Below, in pieces: positions 1-9,978 of a stretch of 64,000 bases of DNA. Position numbers and translations under genes: made by a program. The notes beneath the pieces are model-generated. The model worked only from the letters and a program-made list of their open reading frames with translations, had not been told where the DNA came from and ran no database searches. How positions within the stretch are numbered: the first letter of the stretch is position 1; every line of letters starts with the position of its first letter. Origin of the DNA: Candidatus Krumholzibacteriia bacterium (GTDB lineage: Bacteria > Krumholzibacteriota > Krumholzibacteriia > LZORAL124-64-63); contig JBFXKG010000008.1 of assembly GCA_050174015.1 (NCBI GenBank), positions 64,001 through 128,000 on the forward strand, read 5' to 3'.

Positions 1-1378
1 GTCCTTGTCCCTGGGCGTCAGCCACTTCCTCGTCACCCGGATCGGGCTGGAGATGTTCACCGTCGCCCTGGCCATGGTCTTCTTCGGCACCCTCTATGCG
101 GTGGTCTCGTTCCGGAACTTGATGGTGCCTCTCATGGTCTGGATCCTGACCATCGGGGGATTCCGGTTCCTCTGGTCCATCCGGACCTCCCTGCTGCCCG
201 ATCTGTTCCTCGACCGGATAATGCTGGTTTGGGTTCTGGGTGTCTTCATGATCAAGTTCATGGCCGAGAAAAAGAAATTCCGGGGACCCTTTACCCTGGA
301 CCTGGTCATGTTGACCTTTGCGTCCTACCTGCTGGTCAGGGTCTACCTGGGTGATATGGAGTTCCTCAACCCCTGGGTCCAGAGCGTCCTGATTCCTTAT
401 TCGGCCTACTTCTTCGCCAAGAACATCATCCAGACCAGGCGGCAGATCCATACGTTCTTGCTCATCCTCCTGATTCTCACGGTGTATTACAGCATCACCG
501 CAGTGGCCGAGAAGTTCACCATCACCTGGTTGATCTGGCCCAAGACCATCCTGACGGAGAAGCGGGGATTCATCGGTCGGTCCGGCGGTCCCTTCCAGCA
601 GGCCGCCCTATTCGGGACCATCCTGGGCATCCTCATCCCGTTGCATCTCTACTTCCTGGCGAAGGTCCGCAACTCGTTCGCCAAGATCCTCCTGTTCCTC
701 AGCCTCGGGCTGGGAATCGCCGGTCTCTACTTCACCTACACCCGGGGATCCTGGCTGGCGGGCGTGGTGGCTCTTTTGGCCGTCGGCGCCTGCAATCCCC
801 GCCAGTACCTCCGTTACCTGGTGCCGGTCCTCTTCATAGCACCCATCGCCGCGATCGGCTTCCTGGGCGCGAGCCAGGACAAGTTCCTCAAGGAACGGGT
901 CGAAAACGAAGACACCCTGGGCTCCCGCGTGGGCACGGCTGCGACGGCCCTGCGGATCTTCCGGGACAATCCGGTCCTGGGGGTCGGGTACTTCCAGTTC
1001 CGCGAGGCCCGCGAGGACTACATCCAACCTGTCGAGGTCCCGGGTCTAGGGACCATCCGGTTCGTCCAGTTCCGGCACAACCACATCCACGACATCTATC
1101 TCGGTCCCCTGGCGGAGAACGGACTGGTCGGCGCCTTCCTCCAGGGGTGGATTTACTACTTGATCCTGCGGATCTTTCTCTCCAAATTCAGGTGGAGGAC
1201 CAGGGGGGATCCCGTCGCGATCTATGTTTTTCCGGTTTTCGCCGGCATCTTCGTGGGGTACCTCGTCGGTGGCCTTGCTTTTGACTACCGGTTCTTCTCC
1301 TTCATGGATACCCTCTTCTATGCGAGCGCGGGGATCCTCAACGGATACCAGGGCCAGGAGCAGCTCGATGTATCTTGA
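1..1378 (+). CDS. O-antigen ligase/polymerase (Wzy_C/WaaL-like) membrane protein, 5' truncated
   Basis: Many TM segments; 'TYTRGSWLA' and 'HNHIHDIYLGPLAENGLVG' motifs typical of O-antigen ligase-like proteins; frame open from the window edge. Confidence 0.8.
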   Translation, partial: SLSLGVSHFLVTRIGLEMFTVALAMVFFGTLYAVVSFRNLMVPLMVWILTIGGFRFLWSIRTSLLPDLFLDRIMLVWVLGVFMIKFMAEKKKFRGPFTLDLVMLTFASYLLVRVYLGDMEFLNPWVQSVLIPYSAYFFAKNIIQTRRQIHTFLLILLILTVYYSITAVAEKFTITWLIWPKTILTEKRGFIGRSGGPFQQAALFGTILGILIPLHLYFLAKVRNSFAKILLFLSLGLGIAGLYFTYTRGSWLAGVVALLAVGACNPRQYLRYLVPVLFIAPIAAIGFLGASQDKFLKERVENEDTLGSRVGTAATALRIFRDNPVLGVGYFQFREAREDYIQPVEVPGLGTIRFVQFRHNHIHDIYLGPLAENGLVGAFLQGWIYYLILRIFLSKFRWRTRGDPVAIYVFPVFAGIFVGYLVGGLAFDYRFFSFMDTLFYASAGILNGYQGQEQLDVS

Positions 1379-2963
1379 GCATTTCGGACTGGGGACCAAC
1401 CCCTTCGGACTCTCGCCCAAGCTGGATTTCCTGTTCCGGTCACGACCATTCGAGGAAAGCATCGCCCATCTGCTCTACGGGCTCGACAACAGCGAAGCCA
1501 TCGTGATGATCACCGGCGCCATCGGGACCGGGAAGACGATGGCCATCCAGTCCTTCCTGTCCCACCTCGGACCCAGGTTCGAATTCGCCCTGGTGACCAA
1601 CACCAACGTGGACGGCAAGGAACTCCTGAAGCTGATCCTCGAGGATTTCGGGCTCGAATTGGAACGGGGCCTGGACAAGTCCGACCTGCTGATCCTCTTC
1701 AAGGATTTCCTCCTGGAGGCGAACCGCGGGGGAAAGAGGGTCCTGGTCGTGGTCGACGAGGCCCAGAACCTGTCCCGGGAGGCTCTCGAGGAAGTCCGAC
1801 TGTTGACCAACCTGGGCCAGGGGGAAAGCCAGCCGGTCCAGGTCATCCTGCTGGGGCAACCCGAGCTGGTGGACAAGGTCAACAGGGACGACCTGGCCCA
1901 GCTCCGACAACGCATCCGGGTCCATTACCACCTCGAGTATCTCAACCGGGATGAGGTCAAGGGTTACATCGAGCACCGCATGAAGGTCGCCGGCTGCGAC
2001 GAGGAGGTGTTCACGGGAAAGGCCCTCGACCGGATCCTCGAACTGAGTCAGGGCGTGCCCCGGGTGATCAACACGCTGGCGGGCGAAGCCCTTTTATCGG
2101 CGTTCGTCGCCGGTCGCAAGCAGGTCCGCGCTGAGGATGTGGGGGCTGGACCGGGTGATATGCCAGGGCAACCGACCCAGCCGGCCATTCCCAAGATCCA
2201 GATTCCCCGGGCCGCCCAGACGGCCGGCAGCGGCGCAGAAACGCCTGCAGCGGCAGCGATGGTTCGGGATCCGTCTCAGGTCGAGGATCAGGGCACGCTG
2301 AAACCAAAATCCCCTCCTGAATCCCACGCCGCCCGGCGCCACCGGAGCGGCTTGCCCCGGGTGCTTGGCGGGGTCATTGGGAGCCTCCTTCTGATCTGCC
2401 TCCTGGGCTACCTGTACTCCGCGGGCCATCTGACCCGGGCCTACGATTGGATACGGGATCAGGTGGTCTCGGCCAACCCCCCGTCCGGGCAGTCTCTCGG
2501 CAGCCAGGCTCTGGCTTCCCCGGACCTCGCCGCCCTGCCGCTGGTGGGGCATGCCGGCGCCCTGGAAGCCCCGGCGGAGGCGCCGGCCGCAGTTATTGAT
2601 TCAACGGACGCCCCCCCGGTGACTCCGCAGTCCCCTCTCGAAGATCCTGCAGCGCTCATCGTCCCTGTGGCCGAGGGTCCGGGAGAACACGGCCCGCAGG
2701 TCACCGCCAGCGACGCATTCTACATCCACGTGAGCTCCTTCCAGGAGCAGGAGCGGGTTGAAATCGAGTTCGACCGGCTGGCGAAGTTGGGGTACGAAGC
2801 TCGCTCCCACGCTGAGCCTCGGTTGGGCATCATTTGGCTCCGAGTCTTCATCGGCCCCTTCCCTTCCAGGGAAGCGGCGCTCGATCAGGCCCGGGACCTG
2901 ATGGCCGCCGGCGCCATTTCCTACTACGAGATCAGGGAATTCGAGTCCGGGTTCCCGGATTGA
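1368..2963 (+). CDS. ExeA/MshM-family AAA ATPase with TM segment, Pro/Ala-rich linker and C-terminal SPOR domain
   Basis: ATG at 1368 gives 'MYLEHFGLGTNPFGLSP'; Walker A GAIGTGKT; Walker B VVVDEAQNL; 'LLGQPEL'; C-terminal 'FYIHVSSF...WLRVFIGPF' resembles SPOR; overlaps upstream stop. Confidence 0.85.
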   Translation: MYLEHFGLGTNPFGLSPKLDFLFRSRPFEESIAHLLYGLDNSEAIVMITGAIGTGKTMAIQSFLSHLGPRFEFALVTNTNVDGKELLKLILEDFGLELERGLDKSDLLILFKDFLLEANRGGKRVLVVVDEAQNLSREALEEVRLLTNLGQGESQPVQVILLGQPELVDKVNRDDLAQLRQRIRVHYHLEYLNRDEVKGYIEHRMKVAGCDEEVFTGKALDRILELSQGVPRVINTLAGEALLSAFVAGRKQVRAEDVGAGPGDMPGQPTQPAIPKIQIPRAAQTAGSGAETPAAAAMVRDPSQVEDQGTLKPKSPPESHAARRHRSGLPRVLGGVIGSLLLICLLGYLYSAGHLTRAYDWIRDQVVSANPPSGQSLGSQALASPDLAALPLVGHAGALEAPAEAPAAVIDSTDAPPVTPQSPLEDPAALIVPVAEGPGEHGPQVTASDAFYIHVSSFQEQERVEIEFDRLAKLGYEARSHAEPRLGIIWLRVFIGPFPSREAALDQARDLMAAGAISYYEIREFESGFPD

Positions 2964-2998
2964 CCCCTGCTGGGCCCACCTGCACAGTGAGGGATCCG

Positions 2999-4195
2999 AT
3001 GCGCATCGCCCAGCTGGTCGAAACCCTCGATGCCGGCGGAGCCGAGCGGCTGGCGATCTCGGTGGCCGGGGCTTTGGCGGCGCGCGGGCACGACTCCCAC
3101 CTCCTGACCCTGCATTCCGGCGGGGTGTTCAAGGATCGGGTTTCCCGCGACGTGAGGCTGATGCAGCTGGGATTCGCGCCGGGGACGGCCTCCCTGGGGT
3201 TGGGTGCGCTTTTTCCCCTGGTCGGGGCCCTCGACCGGTGCCGGGGGTACCTGCTGGGTCACCGAATCGAGGTCCTGCAGACTCACCTTCCCCTGGCCAA
3301 CTTCCTGGGTCTGGCCCTTCGCCTCCAGGTGGGGCTCGCCCACTTTCCCACCGTCCACAACAACCAGGAATTCGCCTACGGGAATCAGGATTCCGCAGTG
3401 AGGATGAGCCTGCGCCGCTGGGCCTACCGTCGCATGGCGGTCCAATCCAGCGGATTCGTCGCTGTTTCTCCAGCCGTGAAGGATCACCTCTGCCTTGAGC
3501 TTGGACTTGCCGGGGTCAGGGCGGAGGCAGTCGCGGTGGTCCGGAACGGGGTGGTGCTCCCGGAGCCGGTGGAACCCGAGGAACGCGAGCGGCTCCGTGA
3601 GGGGTTCGGAATTCCCCGGGATGCGATTCTCGTCGCAGCCGTGGGACGGCTGGCCCCCCAGAAGAATTTCCCGACCCTCTTGACGGCCCAGGCGCGGCTC
3701 CGTGCTGCGCAGGTGGACGCCCGCTGCATCATCGCCGGTGAGGGGGAATTGAGGGATGATCTGGAGGCCCAGGCTGACAGGCTGGGGCTCGCCGGTGTCG
3801 CCAGTCTGGCTGGAAATCTCGGCCGGGTGGATGACCTGCTGAGGGCAGCGGACATCTTCTGCATGCCCTCCCTGTGGGAAGGGCTGCCGATGGCCCTGCT
3901 CGAGGCGATGAGTCACGGCCTGCCGATCGCAGCCGCCGATATCGACGGCGTCCGCGAGGTCCTCGGATCGGATCGCGCGGGACTGATGCACGTCCCCGGC
4001 GACGCCGAAGGACTGGCCCGGGATCTGGGCCGGCTGGCTCGGGATGGGGACCTGCGTCGGCGGCTGGGTGCCGAGGCCCGGGTGATCGTGGCCAGGGATT
4101 TCGATTTCGGCAGAACCGTCGACGACCTCGAGCGCCTGTTCGTTGCGGCGTCGAATCCAGGAAGAAGGAGCCCCAATGTGCCCATCGGGCCTTGA
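2999..4195 (+). CDS. Glycosyltransferase family 4 (GT-B)
   Basis: 'MRIAQLVETLDAGGAERL', 'VGRLAPQKNF', EX7E motif 'EGLPMALLE'. Confidence 0.9.
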   Translation: MRIAQLVETLDAGGAERLAISVAGALAARGHDSHLLTLHSGGVFKDRVSRDVRLMQLGFAPGTASLGLGALFPLVGALDRCRGYLLGHRIEVLQTHLPLANFLGLALRLQVGLAHFPTVHNNQEFAYGNQDSAVRMSLRRWAYRRMAVQSSGFVAVSPAVKDHLCLELGLAGVRAEAVAVVRNGVVLPEPVEPEERERLREGFGIPRDAILVAAVGRLAPQKNFPTLLTAQARLRAAQVDARCIIAGEGELRDDLEAQADRLGLAGVASLAGNLGRVDDLLRAADIFCMPSLWEGLPMALLEAMSHGLPIAAADIDGVREVLGSDRAGLMHVPGDAEGLARDLGRLARDGDLRRRLGAEARVIVARDFDFGRTVDDLERLFVAASNPGRRSPNVPIGP

Positions 4196-5345
4196 TCCGC
4201 AAGATAGGGTCGGCAGGATCCACGTCGCCCACGTCATCGGAACGCTTCAGACCGGCGGCGCTGAAATGGCACTGGTCAACTACCTGCGGGCGGCGGACCA
4301 GGTGCAATTCCGCCATACGGTGGTCTGCTTGACGAAGGCGGGTGATAACGCAGACCTGGTGCGGGAATTGGGAGTGGACGTGGTGGTGATCCGGGCCCGG
4401 TTCCGGGCCATGCCATTCGACGTGATTCGCCTTGGCCGCTGGCTTCGCCGGAACCGGGTCGCAATTGTTCACACCCACATGTTCTCGGCTGCCATGCTGG
4501 GCCGCCTGGCGGGGCTGGCGGGAAACGTCCCCCTGCTTGTCACCACAGAGCACGGCAAGGAGCCCTGGAAGCGCCGGCGCCACATCCTGGTTGACCGGTT
4601 CCTTGGCGCTCGCACCTTCCGCCAGATCGCCGTTTCGGAGGACGTCCGCCGTATCCGGATGGAACGGGACGGAGCTCCGGAGGAGCGTTTGGTCCTCATC
4701 CCTAATTCGGTGTCCATTCCGGACCGGGTCCGCGATTCCGGGATCCGATCCAGGATCCGGGCTGAGTTCGGTCTGGACGACGAGGCGGTGGTCCTTGGTT
4801 CGGTTGGGCGCGTTGTGGATGCCAAGGCCTATCCGGTCCTGGTGGAGGCCATGGCCCTGCTCAGGGACAGGTTCCCCGGTTTGTTCTGGCTTCAGGTTGG
4901 AGACGGGCCGGAGCGGGAAGATCTGGTTCGGGCCATCAAGGTGCGTGGCCTGTCCGACCGGATCATCACCGCGGGGAACCGCCGTGATGTGGGGGACATC
5001 CTCCATGCCCTGGACATGTGGGTGATGAGCAGCCGCCGGGAAGGCCTGCCGGTCGCCCTGCTGGAGGCCATGGCAGCCGAGCTGCCGATCGTGGCCACGG
5101 ATATCGGGGGGATTCCCGACGCGGTGACCAACGGTTCGAGCGCCAGGTTGGTGCCCGCGGAGAATCCGGCCGCCCTGGCCGGCGCCATCGCTGAGGTCGT
5201 CGAGGATCCGGAACTCGCCCAACGCTTGGCGGCGAAGGCGCGGGCCGACGTGGAAGCCCGTTACGGCAACCGTTCGGTGGCCCTCAGGATCGAGGCGATC
5301 TACCGGGAAGGGTTGGCTTCCAGGGGGTTGTTCGTCAGGTCTTGA
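4176..5345 (+). CDS. Glycosyltransferase family 4
   Basis: AGGAG before ATG 4176; 'HVIGTLQTGGAE'; EX7E 'EGLPVALLE'. Confidence 0.9.
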   Translation: MCPSGLDPQDRVGRIHVAHVIGTLQTGGAEMALVNYLRAADQVQFRHTVVCLTKAGDNADLVRELGVDVVVIRARFRAMPFDVIRLGRWLRRNRVAIVHTHMFSAAMLGRLAGLAGNVPLLVTTEHGKEPWKRRRHILVDRFLGARTFRQIAVSEDVRRIRMERDGAPEERLVLIPNSVSIPDRVRDSGIRSRIRAEFGLDDEAVVLGSVGRVVDAKAYPVLVEAMALLRDRFPGLFWLQVGDGPEREDLVRAIKVRGLSDRIITAGNRRDVGDILHALDMWVMSSRREGLPVALLEAMAAELPIVATDIGGIPDAVTNGSSARLVPAENPAALAGAIAEVVEDPELAQRLAAKARADVEARYGNRSVALRIEAIYREGLASRGLFVRS

Positions 5346-6525
5346 GGGGTGAGAACCCGTTCCGAGCCGCGGTCACGAGCTTCATGAATCGGAAGGGCCA
5401 GGTTTTCCAGGTCGCCCCGCGCTCGATTTCGCATGCCCACAGAAGGAAACGCTCGTCCCCGGTGGGGTAGAGACCCCGCCAGGAGGCGACCTTGTCCAGG
5501 CTGCCGATCCTGCGGACCAGCCGGGGGTCGTCTTCCTGGGCCCACCGCCGAGGGTCCCGGCGCGAGACGCAGATGGTGTCGAATCCCGCGCCGTCGGCTA
5601 CTTCCCAGCTCTCGTCGCAGTAGGAGCCTCCCGGCCAGCAGAAATGCCGGACACTGTCCCCAACCACGACCTCGAGTTCCTCTTTCCCCGCCAGCAGTTC
5701 GTCCCGGAATCGCTCCCGCATTTCCTCGCCCGATTCCAGCCGGCCGGGCGCCTTTCCGTCCCCCCCGACCAGGTCGTCCAGCATCCTGCGCCATCCGGGG
5801 CGGGCGAAGAAGGCTGGCCCTCCTTCGCCCCTGACGCGATCCTGGAAGGGACTTGCAAAGGAAGGGTCGGGAATGAAGCGGCGGATGCCGAGGGATCGGC
5901 CATGCTCAAGGATGGGTGTGCCCCAGGGGACGAACTCGGCCTGGTTTTCCGTGAGGTAGGCGAATTTGCGGTCGGGGCAGGTGTTCCAGGCCAGCCAGGG
6001 GGTTTCGAGGCCGGGGCGGTGGTAATCCACCACTTTGCCGCTGGTCGGATACCAGGTGTGGGTCCGGGAGTGGAAGGCGATGGTCATGACCCCCGAGGCC
6101 TGAAGCGCCCGGAGCTCGGCCCGGTTCAGAAAGCCGTCAAGGAGAAGGTCGTCCAGGGTGCAGCGGCCGGCCCACACGTCCTCCAGGTTGAGACGAACCT
6201 CCTCGCCGGGGTCTACGAAATCGGTGTTCACGTAGATGGTCCCCTGCCAGCCCAGCTTCTTGAGGATGGGGAAGGCAACGACCCAGTTGTCCAGGTAACC
6301 GTCATCGAAGGTCAGGACGACCTCCTTGGCCAGGCCCGCGGTGCCGCTCTCCTGGCGTTCCCGCAGATCGTCCAGGCTGATGGAGACGTAACCGTGCTTC
6401 GCCAGCAGGTCAACCTGCCTCTGGAACAGTCCCATGGGGGTGGTCAACCCTGACCAGAGCCACCCCGGGAGGGGGCGCCCCGTGGTGTGGTACATCAGGA
6501 CGGGGGTGCGGATCGCGCTCTTCAC
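5335..6525 (-). CDS. Polysaccharide deacetylase (CE4/NodB)
   Basis: 'PVLMYH', 'LTFDDGY', 'HSRTH', 'FCWPGG' motifs. Confidence 0.85.
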   Translation of the reverse strand: MKSAIRTPVLMYHTTGRPLPGWLWSGLTTPMGLFQRQVDLLAKHGYVSISLDDLRERQESGTAGLAKEVVLTFDDGYLDNWVVAFPILKKLGWQGTIYVNTDFVDPGEEVRLNLEDVWAGRCTLDDLLLDGFLNRAELRALQASGVMTIAFHSRTHTWYPTSGKVVDYHRPGLETPWLAWNTCPDRKFAYLTENQAEFVPWGTPILEHGRSLGIRRFIPDPSFASPFQDRVRGEGGPAFFARPGWRRMLDDLVGGDGKAPGRLESGEEMRERFRDELLAGKEELEVVVGDSVRHFCWPGGSYCDESWEVADGAGFDTICVSRRDPRRWAQEDDPRLVRRIGSLDKVASWRGLYPTGDERFLLWACEIERGATWKTWPFRFMKLVTAARNGFSPLKT

Positions 6526-7886
6526 GGCTGCTCCCGGGAATGGAAGGGGGAAACCTTGCTGATGGTGAACGGGTACTTGCCCGAGGGGGCTGGGGGAATC
6601 GCCTCCACCAGCGATACCTTCAGGTGGATATCTCCCAGCAGGCCGAGCATCCGCTTCTCCAGGGCCGTCCTGCTTTCAGGGGTCCAGGCCGCGTCGGGGA
6701 CGATCCGGATCTCGATCGCCTCGATGGTCTCCTGGATCAATTGCATCTGGCCGATGCCTGGGATGTCGGCGCCGAAAAGCCGAGGGCTCTGGCAGGAGTA
6801 GTACTTACCGTTCTTGCCGACGATCAATTCGCTGGTTCGCCCCTCGACCGATGCCAGCAGGGGGAACCCACGGCCGCAGGCGCAGAGGCCTGCACGGGGA
6901 CGGGCCAGGTCTCCCGTCCGGTATCGGATGAAGGGCATGACCCGGTTTTCCAGATCGGTGATCACGATCTCGCCCTGTTCCCCGGGATCGCAGGGGGTGC
7001 CGTCGGGCCGCAGGACCTCGACGTGGACCCGGTCGTTGAAGACGTGGAAACCGTCCACCTGCTCGCATTGCTGGGCGATGTCGGCGAACTCACGGGACCC
7101 GTACCGGTTGAGCAGCTTGCACCGGAAGTGTCCCTCGATGGAGGACCTGTAGGCGTCGGTCAGGGTCTCGGCGCTGCTGATGATGCCGGCGGGCGAATCC
7201 AGGGGCAGCCCGTGCTCCTGCATGTAATCGGCCAGGAAGGCCAGAGCCGAGGCGTAGCCGCGGATCATGACGGGACGCCAGGATCGGAGGGCCCGGGAGA
7301 ACTCCGCAAGTTTGGCTTCGTCCATGTCGTAGGCGTTCAAGTTGAGGGACCGGTGGGCCAGGTTGGCCATGACCCGGCCGCGAAGGCCCTTGATGGCCTG
7401 ATTGTCCCTGGGATGTCCCCACAGGACGGCCTGCTTCTCTCCTACCCGCCATCCCGTCCAGGCGGCCCCGCGATAGGCGTTGGCCACGCGGAGGCTGAGG
7501 GCGGATCGGTCGACGTAGAACCGGAACCAGACGCCCGACGATCCCCCGGTGGCGTTGGTCACACGGTCCTCGGGATTCCTTCCTTCGGCGAGGAACCGCT
7601 CCTGCCGGTCCATCAGATCCTTCTTGGTCATCAGGGGAAAGACACCCAGGTCGGGCGGGCCGACTCGATCGGGATCCAGCCCTGCCTGTGCGCTGAAGTC
7701 GCGGTAGAAGGGCACGTGGGCGCAGGCGAAACGGAGCATGCCGGCGAGCTTCTCATGGGAACCGTCAGCGAGCTCGTCGGCGGGCCGCCATTGGGCATTC
7801 TCCAGGCGATGGAGCTCCTCCATCCAGTCCGAACGCATCAACCTGAACAGGCTCCTGGCCAGTGCGGCTCTCATGATGCGATCCAA
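6522..7886 (-). CDS. Phenylacetate-CoA ligase family (CapK-like) adenylate-forming enzyme
   Basis: P-loop 'TGGSSG', 'RYGSRE', 'RYRTGDL', 'CACGRGF', C-terminal 'SGK'. Confidence 0.85.
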   Translation of the reverse strand: MDRIMRAALARSLFRLMRSDWMEELHRLENAQWRPADELADGSHEKLAGMLRFACAHVPFYRDFSAQAGLDPDRVGPPDLGVFPLMTKKDLMDRQERFLAEGRNPEDRVTNATGGSSGVWFRFYVDRSALSLRVANAYRGAAWTGWRVGEKQAVLWGHPRDNQAIKGLRGRVMANLAHRSLNLNAYDMDEAKLAEFSRALRSWRPVMIRGYASALAFLADYMQEHGLPLDSPAGIISSAETLTDAYRSSIEGHFRCKLLNRYGSREFADIAQQCEQVDGFHVFNDRVHVEVLRPDGTPCDPGEQGEIVITDLENRVMPFIRYRTGDLARPRAGLCACGRGFPLLASVEGRTSELIVGKNGKYYSCQSPRLFGADIPGIGQMQLIQETIEAIEIRIVPDAAWTPESRTALEKRMLGLLGDIHLKVSLVEAIPPAPSGKYPFTISKVSPFHSREQP

Positions 7887-8806
7887 TCCGCGAACCGATG
7901 CAGACCTTCGGCCAACCCGATGGTGGGGGCGAATCCGGTGGCGCGGATCCGGTCGATGCTCGCCTCCAGACGCACGATGTCTCCCGGCCAGCTCTTGCCC
8001 GTGTAGGTCACCTCGGTGGAGTCCTGCAGGCCAAGGGTTTCCAGAATCATGCCGACCAGCTGGCGGATGCTGACAGGGCTGCCGCCGGCGATGTTGAAGG
8101 CCTGCCCCGCCAGGCCGGGATCCATGGCGAGATCCAGGAAGGCGGCGGCGGTGTCGGTGACGTAGCAGTAGTCCCGGATCTGGTCACCGGTCCCGAGGAC
8201 TTCCAACCGCCTTGGGTCGGATTGGATCTTGCGAAACAGGTCGTAGATGACGTACCTGGGCTGTCGTGGTCCGTAGGTGTTGAAGATGCGGACCGAGGTG
8301 AAGGGGAGGCCGAAAGTGTGATGCCAGGCCAGACCAAGGGATTCGGCGCTGAGTTTGGACGCCCCGTATGGGGAGATCGGGCGGAGGGGGTGGTCCTCGT
8401 CCATGGGCGTGTAAACGGGCTCCCCGTAGACAGCGGCGGAAGAGGCCAGCAGGACCCTCTCCACCTCGTGGTTCCGGCAGGCGAGGTAGACGTTGTGGCT
8501 CCCCAGCGCATTGGTGCGGAAGTCCAGATCTGGTTCCTGAACCGAGCGGGGGACGTCGGCGTTGGCGGCCAGGTGGAAGACCAGGTTGCAACCGGCCACC
8601 GTGCGATCCACGAGATCGGCATCCTGGACGCTGCCCTGGACGATCGTGATGTGGTCACGGACACGGGCGAGATTATCGGGTTTGCCGGTGGATAGATCGT
8701 CGAGGACGACGACCTCGGCTCCTCGATCCACCAGGAGGTCCACCAGATGGCTGGGGATGAATCCCGCGCCTCCGGTGACGAGAGCCTTCTTTCCTGCAAG
8801 TTTCAT
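7871..8806 (-). CDS. NAD-dependent nucleotide-sugar epimerase/dehydratase
   Basis: 'VTGGAGFI', 'SSAAVYG', YxxxK 'YGASK', 'FNTYGP'. Confidence 0.9.
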   Translation of the reverse strand: MKLAGKKALVTGGAGFIPSHLVDLLVDRGAEVVVLDDLSTGKPDNLARVRDHITIVQGSVQDADLVDRTVAGCNLVFHLAANADVPRSVQEPDLDFRTNALGSHNVYLACRNHEVERVLLASSAAVYGEPVYTPMDEDHPLRPISPYGASKLSAESLGLAWHHTFGLPFTSVRIFNTYGPRQPRYVIYDLFRKIQSDPRRLEVLGTGDQIRDYCYVTDTAAAFLDLAMDPGLAGQAFNIAGGSPVSIRQLVGMILETLGLQDSTEVTYTGKSWPGDIVRLEASIDRIRATGFAPTIGLAEGLHRFADWIAS

Positions 8807-9978
8807 GAGTTCCGAGTCCCTTCCAGGATCTGGCGGTAGACCGCCACCGTGGCTGCCGCAGCGGCGGCGGGATGGAAGTCCCGCTGGGCCCGGGCGCGGG
8901 CGGCTTCCCCCATGGCGACCCGGGCCTCCCCGTTCTCCAGGATGTCCTCCATGGCGGCGGCGATACCGGGCACGTCTCCGTACTTCACGAGCCTCCCGGT
9001 CAGACCATCGGTGACCAGGTCGGGTATCCCACCCACGGCCGTCGCCACAACGGGCTTGCCGAGGGCCATCGCCTCGGCGATGGACACCGGTGAACTCTCC
9101 TCGACCGAGCAGAGGGCGAACACCGAGCAGCTGGTGAACTCCCGTTCCAGCGAGGAATCGGGGATGAAGCCGACCAGTTCGACGCAGTCGTCCAGGCCCA
9201 GTTCATTGATCCTCCCGCGAAGCTTCTCGGCGTAGGCGGGGACCAGGACCTTGCCCACCAGGCGCAACCGTACGTCCGGAACCGAGCGCCTGACCAGTGC
9301 AACGGCCTCGACGAGGTCCAGTAGGCCCTTGCGCGGCTGGACAGCGGCCACGGAGAGGATTGTGGAGCCCGTGTCCGTGGTGGGCAACTCGAAAAACCTG
9401 AGGGATACGGGGTTGGCGATGGGATGGAAATGGGCACGCGTCAGGGGGGCGATGGCCTGACGGACGTATTCAGCGATCACAAAGATGTGTTCGGCCCGGC
9501 CCAGGACGCGCCGCTCCAGGGCTGCGGTGGTGACTCGCCTCAAATAACCCTTGATCCCGCCCTGGAGGCGGACTTCCCGAAAGCGGATTCCGTGGACGGT
9601 GACGGCGACGGGAATGCCGATCCCCAATGCGGCGGCGACGTAGCGCCCCGTTCCGTGGGCGTGAATGATGTCCGGCGCCAGGTCCCTCAGAGCTAGGCGA
9701 AGCCTGCGCTGCTCCAGGACGTGGTCGGTCAGGTGGCCCAATCGGGTTTGGCCCGGCAGGTAGTGGACGGTCATGCCGCGGTATTCGGTCCGCTGGGGGG
9801 TCTTCAGACCCTGGATGCAGGTCAGGATGTGCAGGTCCAGGCCGGGGATGGCGGCCATGGAGACCGAGAGATTGTGGATCACGGCCTCGACGCCGCCGGG
9901 GATCTTCCCGGGGTCAAGGGGAAAGCTGCCAAGAACCGCGATGCGCACGCCCATATTCCCTTCTCGCGTGCCGGACAT
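8803..9978 (-). CDS. Glycosyltransferase family 4
   Basis: TGATG coupling to upstream stop (alternative ATG at 9954); 'PRKG'; EX7E 'ESSPVSIAE'. Confidence 0.85.
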   Translation of the reverse strand: MSGTREGNMGVRIAVLGSFPLDPGKIPGGVEAVIHNLSVSMAAIPGLDLHILTCIQGLKTPQRTEYRGMTVHYLPGQTRLGHLTDHVLEQRRLRLALRDLAPDIIHAHGTGRYVAAALGIGIPVAVTVHGIRFREVRLQGGIKGYLRRVTTAALERRVLGRAEHIFVIAEYVRQAIAPLTRAHFHPIANPVSLRFFELPTTDTGSTILSVAAVQPRKGLLDLVEAVALVRRSVPDVRLRLVGKVLVPAYAEKLRGRINELGLDDCVELVGFIPDSSLEREFTSCSVFALCSVEESSPVSIAEAMALGKPVVATAVGGIPDLVTDGLTGRLVKYGDVPGIAAAMEDILENGEARVAMGEAARARAQRDFHPAAAAAATVAVYRQILEGTRNS

